In this document: piece by piece, positions 56,921 through 64,000 of the stretch
Numbering within the stretch: position 1 is the stretch's first letter
Layout: every line of letters starts with the position of its first letter
From: an uncultured Bacteriovoracaceae bacterium
GTDB taxonomy: Bacteria; Bdellovibrionota; Bacteriovoracia; Bacteriovoracales; Bacteriovoracaceae
DNA: 64,000 bases
NCBI GenBank assembly: GCA_964012805.1
Contig: CAXGUD010000014.1
Span: 1-64,000 of the forward strand
Direction of reading: 5' to 3'
Translations under genes and position numbers: made by a program
Notes under the pieces: generated by a model
What the model saw: the letters and a program-made list of their open reading frames with translations, nothing else
Database searches by the model: none
What the model was told of the DNA's origin: nothing

Positions 56921-59900
56921 TTAAGCTACATTAGTCGACTTAATTGTCAAAACAAACTCAGTTCCTTTACCAAGAGTCGTCCTTACAGATACACCACCAC
57001 CTAGTTTTTCAAGGTTCTTTTTGACAATATCCATTCCAACGCCTCGTCCTGAAAGTTCATCAACACTATCTTTCTGGCTAAAGCTTGGAAGGAAGATGAT
57101 ATCCATAGCTTCCTCATCACTCATATTACTCAATTGATCCTGGTTATAAATACCTTTCTCAAAAGCTTTTTTCTTTAAAATATCCACATCAATTCCAGCA
57201 CCGTCGTCTTTGATCTTTATTTCTACATAGCTGATATCAGGTTCATTACAAGTTACTTCGATTTTACCTTGCGGTTTTTTACCTTTTTCTCTTCTTGCAT
57301 CCTGTTCTTCAATACCATGATCGATAGAGTTTCTAAGAAGGTGGACAAAAGCATCTTGCAACACATTTAGGGATTCTCTATTAAGAGTTATTTCATTTCC
57401 TTGAATAATGAAGTCCACATCTTTATTCAACTTCGTAGAAATGTCCATAACCATCGACTTAAATTTTTGAAGAGAAGGTATAACTGGTATATCTGTCAAC
57501 CTTTCAGCTGCAATCCTTATCTCTCCAATATTTCCGTCAATAACAGTTTGATTAAGCCTCTTTAGATTTCTAAGGACAACAGGAACCATCTCAACTTTAC
57601 TAATCTCTTGATCTTCATCATCATCGTCTTTTTTCTCTTGATAAAACCCATTAAGGAGTTGAGAGAAATCGATAAGCTTTAAATAAAGATAGTCTGAGTT
57701 CTCTTCAAAAAACTTTATAAGAAGACTAGCAACTGGATCACCGTCTTCAATCAAGGCCCTTGTCTTGTCTGGTAAATCATTCACTATTCTAGTTGTTCTA
57801 AAGTCTGCCAATATCATCTTAATCTTAGGTAAGGTGCTTTCATCTGGGCAAATGAAGTAGTTGAAAAAGTTGCTTTCACCATCATCGACCAAATATTTTC
57901 CAGCTTCCTTAAAAAGATCGCCTGGATCCTCTTTTGAGCTATTGATCCTTTTCAAAGTTTTAACGAGTATTGAATTAGAACTTACACCTTTAATTTTCTC
58001 TTGAATTTTATGTATATCCTGGGCCAAGTCATTCATTTCATTAAAAAACCGCTTATCGCTATCTGACTTTCTAACATTGTCATAATCGAGGCGGCAAGTA
58101 AGGGCAAAGTAAAGCCAAAGCTCTCTTACTTGAAAACGAATTCTCTCTTTATTTTCCAAAAATTTCTTTGGGCCGGATTTGATTATTCCAAAGATATCAC
58201 TGAAAACCCTGCTTAAAAAATGAAAGTTAAGCCTTCTACATTCAGAAAGAATTCTTTCCAGCTTTATAACCGAATCTTCCATTTCAAAGATATGATCAAT
58301 TCCTCTAGAAAAGTCATAGAAATTTTTAAAAATTTCTGACCAATCATCACATTGTTTTGTATAAGGCATATTCATGTCTGATTGTTGATAAATAGACCTT
58401 ACAATATCTTTAATCTCAACATAGTTTCCAATAAAATCCTTACTAAACTCTTCAAGATCAGAATTTCTGAGATCTTCAAGGTTATTGAAAGACCCTTCAA
58501 ATTGGTGAACCATTTCTGAAACATCCAATCGATTCATGGATCTTAAAGATCCTTTTAGAGAGTGAGTGTTTCGTTTTAGAACTGAAATAATATCATCTTT
58601 AATATCTTTTTCCTGAACTTCAACAAAAACTTTCTTCCTTGTTTTACCTGGTTGATTAGCATCAAAAAGATGCTCTTTTCTCGTAATGTTTTTTGAGATC
58701 AACTGGTCGAGGTTAACTGTGAAGTTTTGTATTTCTCCAACAAGTTTTTTCTCAAACTCATTTTCAATTCTAAAGACTTTCTTTGCCAAGCTCCCATAAT
58801 CGTTAATTTCAGAATTAATTTCATAAAGTTTTGAAATAATCGGATTGAAATCTTCTCTTGATATAGCTTTTCCCTCAGAAACTGATTTTCTTATTTCGGT
58901 CACATGACTTTCGGCGATATGTGTAATACTTGATATTGAGAAGAAGTTGAATGCTCTTGAATTTCCTTTAAGAGTATGGAGGTAACGAAACATTTCTGTC
59001 AAAACATTCGAGTCCGTAGGTGCAGCTTTGGCCAAAACCATCGTATCCTCAACAAGCTTTGGTGCACTTTGAAGAAATTGAGAAATATCTTCAATATCCA
59101 AGTTTGCCATTTCTGTAATAATTGAGATGTTTTTCTGGTTGGCCTTCTTCTCTTTTTCAACTTTAGCAGCAAGTTTCTCTCTCTCAGTTATATCTTCAAC
59201 GATAAACATAAGGTTTTCTAAATTTTCATCTTCATCCCATAGTGGTGTGTAAGAAATTGAAAAGACGCGATCCTCTTCCTTCTCATCAACGATTTTTATA
59301 TATTCCATTCTAGGAGCCAAGTGCTCCTCCATTAATAGGTATTGGAGCTCATTTTCCCCAAAGATAGCAAAAAGAGCACTTTTTATATTAGAGAACTGTT
59401 CTGACTGTCTATTTACATCTTTATATAGTGTTTCAAGAATATTTTCCCCAATTACTTCCTGCCCAAATACTTCATTAGTATAGGCAGAAACAGGACCAAT
59501 AATTTCAAGACTTTCATTCACTGAAAAAACAGCTTGCTGCATATTATTAAGGAGGTTTGAAACTTTTTCTTTCTCTTCTTCAATTTCTTTTGTAGCTTCT
59601 TTGACTTTATCTTCCAGGTTTTCTGCATAATCTTTTAACTTTTCGTGAGAAACTTTCAGTTTATCTTTCATACCATTAAATGAGATGACAACTTCCTCTA
59701 GCTCATCTTTTGTATTTGATTGTTTCCTTTTAAGTATAAGACCTTCACCACTTAAGTCATCAAGGTCAAGAGCTGAAGCATAGCCAGCCATATGCGAAAG
59801 ATGCCTAGAAACTAGACTCCTAAACACAAAGAAAAGAAGAAATGTTGTTGCAACTACCTGAGATACTTGAATAATCAATTGGGTAATCATCTGTTTAACG

Positions 59901-60406
59901 AGGGTGTCCCTGGCCACTTTAGTACTTGCCGAAATAACAAGGAGTCCAACCTTTTCCGCTTCCGCATCTTCACCAGCATCAGGGTCTTTATACATAACAT
60001 TAATTTTGCTTTCCTGTAGATCTGCACCCCAATCTTCTTTTTTTAAGTCCGTAGTCTCTTTTACGTAATTTGGTTTTGGTTTTTTTCCTTCTTCAAGCTC
60101 TTCTACACCATCCATATCATAGAGTTTGGCCTGAACATTAACTCTATCTACGATACCTTCTAGGCCCTTATTTGTTTGGTCCTCATCCTCTGTGTAGAGA
60201 GAAGTTCCAAGCGTGGCACCAACAGACCTTTCTATCCTTTCAAAGCCTTTTTTAATTGCCTCCAAGTTCTCTTGCCAAGCCTGTTGAAGATTGTACCCTG
60301 AAATTACAGCCGCAATAGAAAAGTTGCCCAAGACAACGAATATAATGAGTTTGTTCGCTATCGAAGTACTTCTTCTATTATCTATTTTTTCTTCTTGGTC
60401 ACTCAT
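56921..60406 (-). CDS. Membrane-bound CheA-like histidine kinase (TM-sensor-TM-HAMP-PAS-Hpt-Hpt-HATPase), no CheW domain
   Basis: LHTLKG and THSLKG Hpt motifs; HLLRNSIDHGIE, DDGAGID and SGRGVGMDIV; protein ends immediately after the ATPase domain. Confidence 0.88.
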   Translation of the reverse strand: MSDQEEKIDNRRSTSIANKLIIFVVLGNFSIAAVISGYNLQQAWQENLEAIKKGFERIERSVGATLGTSLYTEDEDQTNKGLEGIVDRVNVQAKLYDMDGVEELEEGKKPKPNYVKETTDLKKEDWGADLQESKINVMYKDPDAGEDAEAEKVGLLVISASTKVARDTLVKQMITQLIIQVSQVVATTFLLFFVFRSLVSRHLSHMAGYASALDLDDLSGEGLILKRKQSNTKDELEEVVISFNGMKDKLKVSHEKLKDYAENLEDKVKEATKEIEEEKEKVSNLLNNMQQAVFSVNESLEIIGPVSAYTNEVFGQEVIGENILETLYKDVNRQSEQFSNIKSALFAIFGENELQYLLMEEHLAPRMEYIKIVDEKEEDRVFSISYTPLWDEDENLENLMFIVEDITEREKLAAKVEKEKKANQKNISIITEMANLDIEDISQFLQSAPKLVEDTMVLAKAAPTDSNVLTEMFRYLHTLKGNSRAFNFFSISSITHIAESHVTEIRKSVSEGKAISREDFNPIISKLYEINSEINDYGSLAKKVFRIENEFEKKLVGEIQNFTVNLDQLISKNITRKEHLFDANQPGKTRKKVFVEVQEKDIKDDIISVLKRNTHSLKGSLRSMNRLDVSEMVHQFEGSFNNLEDLRNSDLEEFSKDFIGNYVEIKDIVRSIYQQSDMNMPYTKQCDDWSEIFKNFYDFSRGIDHIFEMEDSVIKLERILSECRRLNFHFLSRVFSDIFGIIKSGPKKFLENKERIRFQVRELWLYFALTCRLDYDNVRKSDSDKRFFNEMNDLAQDIHKIQEKIKGVSSNSILVKTLKRINSSKEDPGDLFKEAGKYLVDDGESNFFNYFICPDESTLPKIKMILADFRTTRIVNDLPDKTRALIEDGDPVASLLIKFFEENSDYLYLKLIDFSQLLNGFYQEKKDDDDEDQEISKVEMVPVVLRNLKRLNQTVIDGNIGEIRIAAERLTDIPVIPSLQKFKSMVMDISTKLNKDVDFIIQGNEITLNRESLNVLQDAFVHLLRNSIDHGIEEQDARREKGKKPQGKIEVTCNEPDISYVEIKIKDDGAGIDVDILKKKAFEKGIYNQDQLSNMSDEEAMDIIFLPSFSQKDSVDELSGRGVGMDIVKKNLEKLGGGVSVRTTLGKGTEFVLTIKSTNVA

Positions 60407-60445
60407 AAGTTACCCCAAAAACCTTACGTTATTTAAAGCCTCTTA

Positions 60446-60799
60446 TTAGCTTAATAGCGTCTCAACGACTTTAAGAAATTTTGGTTCGGAGATTGGTTTT
60501 ACAATCCAAAATGAAACTCCGACCTCTTTTCCTTTTCTCTTTAACTCAGGATCAAACTCCGTTGTCACCATCATTATTGGAGGTGCTTCCAGCCCTTCCT
60601 CTCTTATTTTTTGAAGCATTGAAAGACCATCCAAATTGGGCATATTTAGATCTGTTATGACAAGATCAAAGGTTTCATCTCTAATTAATTGAAGCCCTTC
60701 CAGTCCATCAGTCGCTTCCCTGATGTCATAATCTTCCTCTAAAAGGTTTTTTAGCTTTTTTCGAAAATCCTTTGAATCTTCTACAAGCAGAACTTTCAT
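60446..60799 (-). CDS. Single-domain response regulator
   Basis: VLLVEDS, ITDLNMPNLDG, VTTE and WIVKP motifs; ATG 60799 with AAGGAG RBS. Confidence 0.92.
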   Translation of the reverse strand: MKVLLVEDSKDFRKKLKNLLEEDYDIREATDGLEGLQLIRDETFDLVITDLNMPNLDGLSMLQKIREEGLEAPPIMMVTTEFDPELKRKGKEVGVSFWIVKPISEPKFLKVVETLLS

Positions 60800-60825
60800 C
60801 TTTTGCTCCTTGGTTTGCCACCAAC

Positions 60826-60852
60826 TATACGGCAATCAGAAAAAAAAACTTA
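60826..60852 (-). promoter_or_regulatory. Sigma-28/FliA-like promoter for the receiver-kinase operon
   Basis: TAAG-N15-GCCGTATA on the minus strand. Confidence 0.6.
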
Positions 60853-60984
60853 ATCACTTTTGTAAAAGGTTTTCTCTTTTTAGATTGGTAATTAATTCTT
60901 ATTTGATGAAATTAAATAATTTAAATATAATTTAAGAGTGCGTTTGTCTGATTTTTTTAAATTATTCTGGAATCAAAGGGAATC

Positions 60985-61383
60985 ATGGCCGCAATATTAA
61001 TTGTTGATGACTCTTCATCTACAAGGATACAACTCAAGAATTTTTTAGAGCCTCATAAGCACACTTGCACTGAAGCAGTTAATGGTTTAGATGCCTTAGA
61101 AAAATTAAATAATGGACCTATTGACCTTATTATTTGTGATCTTAATATGCCTGAAATGGACGGGATCGAGTTTATAACCAGGCAATCTAAAAACGAAAAG
61201 TTTAAAGACATCCCAACGATTATGTGTACAACTGAAACAATCAATAAGAAAACCGATGAGGGCAAAGCTCTTTATGAAAAAGTAAAAACTTCAGGTGTTG
61301 TCAAGGCCTGGATTGTTAAGCCTATTACCCCCAAAAAAGTGAGCCTAATACTGAATTTTCTTGAGAAACTAAGCCTCAGTTAG
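60985..61383 (+). CDS. Single-domain response regulator
   Basis: ILIVDDS, ICDLNMPEMDG, CTTE and WIVKP motifs. Confidence 0.92.
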   Translation: MAAILIVDDSSSTRIQLKNFLEPHKHTCTEAVNGLDALEKLNNGPIDLIICDLNMPEMDGIEFITRQSKNEKFKDIPTIMCTTETINKKTDEGKALYEKVKTSGVVKAWIVKPITPKKVSLILNFLEKLSLS

Positions 61384-61398
61384 AGAGAACTTCTGCTG

Positions 61399-62886
61399 TT
61401 ACCTTGATTTTAGTTCATTTCCATCAAATACGTAAACGGTTTCATTACCATCATAATGAGTTGATAAGTTTACTGGTCTTTTCCACAAGGCAAAAATATT
61501 TCTCATAGTATCGGCGCCTAGACCCATATCGAGGTCCACCCCCTGGTGGACATGTCTGAGAAGGATTTCTCCCCTATTACCGTAGTTGGATGTTTCAATT
61601 TCTATAACAGGACTTCCAAAATTGGTTAGTTGGGCCAGTAACTTTTCCTTTATTTTTGCAAATTCCACGGAGTTTATTTCATTCCGTCCAGTTCTTGGGT
61701 TAAACCGATAAGTGAATAAACTTTGCCTCTCACAAAAATCTTGAGTGAAGTATTGATCAATAAAGGTTATATCGTTATGACTTTTACGAACCTCAAATAT
61801 CTTTTCTTTTCCTAAATTTAATTCCTTATCCCATCTGTTCTTTTCAACCATATCTTTGCAATCTTCAAACTCTTTCCCAAAACGACCAGTATCCCACCTA
61901 AATTCAATATCTCTAAAAAGCTCAATCCCTATTTTGTAAGGGTTAATCTGACGTTTACTCATCGCCATGACACCAGCGTGTTGATCTGCAAAGTCAATTA
62001 CTTCGCTTGATTTCAATGCTTTTTGGGTCATAATCTTTGAGTGCCAATAACTGGCCCACCCTTCATTCATAATTTTTGTCAGACGCTGAGGAAGAAAATA
62101 ATAAGCTTCTTCCCTCAAGATCCCTACAATATCACTTTCCCACTCCTCTAGCGGGGCATAATCCATAATAAACCTCATGATATCACGCGTGGGTAACTTA
62201 GAAGCTCCATGGCCTAACTTATCGTTCTTTTCTTTTTTCTTATTCTTCTTCCTGCCTTTTTTAAAAAGTTTTGAGTCCATGAATGACTTTAAGGCCTGAC
62301 TCCTTTCATCCTGGAGATCACCCCCTTCCAAACCTTCATAATCATCGTCATCATCCTCATTAATTTGCTTTTCAAACAATACATTTGTATCGAGAAGATT
62401 TTCTAAAGACAAGACGCTATCAATGAAAGCTTCAACTCTGTCCTGTCCAAACTTTTCCATATACCTTCTTATTTTAGTTCCATGATTGGCCATCACATCC
62501 ATCATATTTTTATTTGTGTGGTGAAACCAATAATTATTTTTAAAAAAGTCTGCATGCCCATAAACATGGGCCATAACAAGCTTTTGATCAACTATATTAT
62601 TAACGTTCAATAGATAGGCGTAACAAGGGTTTGTATTAATAACCATCTCATAAATTTTTGACAATCCATAAGCATAATTTTTTGAGAGCTGATCATACTC
62701 CATACCAAAGCGCCAATGAGGGTAGCGGTTCGGAAATCCTCCCTGAGCAGCAAGAATATTAACTGTATCATAATCGCAAACTTCAAAACATACATCATAG
62801 AAATCAAGGCCGTAACCTAAAGCATAGCCTAGGATTTCCTCTTTTAACCTCAGAAGCTCTCCTGAAATAGGCTTTGTTCGGTTCAT
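61399..62886 (-). CDS. spoVR: SpoVR/YcgB family protein
   Basis: GFPNRYPHWRFG, IYEMVINTNPCYAYL, HVYGHADFF, TKIMNEGWASYWH and NPYKIG motifs. Confidence 0.95.
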   Translation of the reverse strand: MNRTKPISGELLRLKEEILGYALGYGLDFYDVCFEVCDYDTVNILAAQGGFPNRYPHWRFGMEYDQLSKNYAYGLSKIYEMVINTNPCYAYLLNVNNIVDQKLVMAHVYGHADFFKNNYWFHHTNKNMMDVMANHGTKIRRYMEKFGQDRVEAFIDSVLSLENLLDTNVLFEKQINEDDDDDYEGLEGGDLQDERSQALKSFMDSKLFKKGRKKNKKKEKNDKLGHGASKLPTRDIMRFIMDYAPLEEWESDIVGILREEAYYFLPQRLTKIMNEGWASYWHSKIMTQKALKSSEVIDFADQHAGVMAMSKRQINPYKIGIELFRDIEFRWDTGRFGKEFEDCKDMVEKNRWDKELNLGKEKIFEVRKSHNDITFIDQYFTQDFCERQSLFTYRFNPRTGRNEINSVEFAKIKEKLLAQLTNFGSPVIEIETSNYGNRGEILLRHVHQGVDLDMGLGADTMRNIFALWKRPVNLSTHYDGNETVYVFDGNELKSR

Positions 62887-62888
62887 AT

Positions 62889-63998
62889 TTATTTACCTTT
62901 CCCTAAAAAGTCTTTTATCGAGTCTAAAATGGCGGACTTATTCTTTATTTTACTTAAGATAACAGAGTCTGATTCCTCTCCGTATTTGTTAAAAAGGTCC
63001 TTATAAAACTGACCTGAACCATAGCGGCTTTCAACCTGCCCATAACAAAAAACGTTTGAATCAGGAATAATATCTTTATCTAAGAGGTCCAAACAAAGCT
63101 TTGTATCATCTGTAGACCAATTATCACCGTCAGAAAAGTGAAAGGGGTATATATTCCATTCATTAGGATCGTAATCTTCCTTCATGATATCTTTGCATAG
63201 TTTCAAGGCAGACGAAATTAATGTTCCCCCACTTTCTCTAGTCCTAAAAAATGTTTTCTCGTCAACTTCTTTTGCCGTCGCATCGTGAATAATATAGCGG
63301 ATATCAATCGATTTATACTGGCTCTTTAGCCATAGGTTAATCCAAAAGCTCTCTGTTCGAACAATTTCTTTTTGCTCATCGCCCATAGAACCAGACACAT
63401 CCATCATATAAATAACAACTGCGGAATTTTCGAATTCTTCTTTTGAACTAAAAGACCTGTATCTAAAATCTGGTCTGGTGGGAACAATAATTGGGTTATT
63501 AGGATCATAACTACCTGTTGTTATTTGACGCTTTAAAGCTTCTCGATAACTTCTCTTAAAATGTTTGAGGGAGTCTGGCCCGACCATACCAATACTATTG
63601 TATCGGTCAACTGTCGTTTGGATGGTCTTCTTTCCTTTAGGCTCAATATTTGGAAGCTCTAATTCTTCTCCAAGAATACTCGCTAGTTCCTCTAAAGTTA
63701 GCTCTATATCAAGCTCTTTCTTTCCTTCCCCTTCACCAGCTTCTCCTTGACCTGGCTGACCTTCCTCTCCCTCTACAGGATCGCCAGGTTTTCCTTCGCC
63801 CTGACCAAGGCCACCTTGCTGTCTTTCACCAAATTTAAATCTAGGAGTTTCAATATGGGGCATGGGGATTTTGTAAGCACCATTTCCCTTAGGATGAGGC
63901 ATTTCTCCGCTTGAGACATATTTCCTGAGATTATCCCTAACTTTTCCTTTAACGACTTTTCTGAACCGAGCATGATCTCTTTTAATTGGGTGACCCAT
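62889..63998 (-). CDS. yeaH: DUF444 (YeaH/YhbH) vWA-like protein
   Basis: [27 protein letters not shown] and HFSDGDNW motifs. Confidence 0.93.
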   Translation of the reverse strand: MGHPIKRDHARFRKVVKGKVRDNLRKYVSSGEMPHPKGNGAYKIPMPHIETPRFKFGERQQGGLGQGEGKPGDPVEGEEGQPGQGEAGEGEGKKELDIELTLEELASILGEELELPNIEPKGKKTIQTTVDRYNSIGMVGPDSLKHFKRSYREALKRQITTGSYDPNNPIIVPTRPDFRYRSFSSKEEFENSAVVIYMMDVSGSMGDEQKEIVRTESFWINLWLKSQYKSIDIRYIIHDATAKEVDEKTFFRTRESGGTLISSALKLCKDIMKEDYDPNEWNIYPFHFSDGDNWSTDDTKLCLDLLDKDIIPDSNVFCYGQVESRYGSGQFYKDLFNKYGEESDSVILSKIKNKSAILDSIKDFLGKGK

Positions 63999-64000
63999 TC

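Noticed and set aside
1..64000. tRNA, rRNA, CRISPR array, IS element, integrase or recoding (Sec/Pyl/alternative code)
   Set aside because: Intergenic gaps are all under about 260 nt with no cloverleaf or repeat-spacer pattern seen, no transposase motifs were found, and conserved genes are full length in the standard code. This was a visual scan only.

Overview
Gene-dense, AT-rich bacterial chromosome segment with about 58 CDS and no rRNA, tRNA, CRISPR array, integrase, transposase or phage structural gene that I could recognise. Gene content points to a predatory Bdellovibrionota genome, Bacteriovoracia/Halobacteriovorax-like; this is inference, not a database result. The supporting content is many orphan receiver and PilZ proteins, secreted hydrolases, class I LysRS, archaeal-type ProRS, fadIJ and SpoVR/DUF444. 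Recognisable core genes are eno, murI, queD, folA, thyA, namZ, proS, dksA, rpsN, rpmG, pckA, menB, gcvP, rsmJ, pepP, lysS, elbB, fadI and fadJ. Points of most interest: (1) eight exactly spaced sigma-28/FliA-like promoters that nominate a candidate attack-phase regulon of mostly uncharacterised genes; (2) a 664-aa secreted protein with an internal second signal-peptide-like motif, duplicated hydrophobic modules and a distinctive C-terminal SLFxIIxxRY motif; (3) a membrane-bound CheA-like kinase with two Hpt domains and no CheW domain, next to a degenerate kinase and two receivers; (4) four adjacent genes (proS, dksA, rpsN, rpmG) whose zinc sites are all Cys-depleted; (5) MenE-MenH and GcvPA-GcvPB fusions; (6) a GlyGly-CTERM-like anchor with a 13-Lys tail; (7) a very low-GC left end that carries a long lipoprotein ORF missing from the ORF track.
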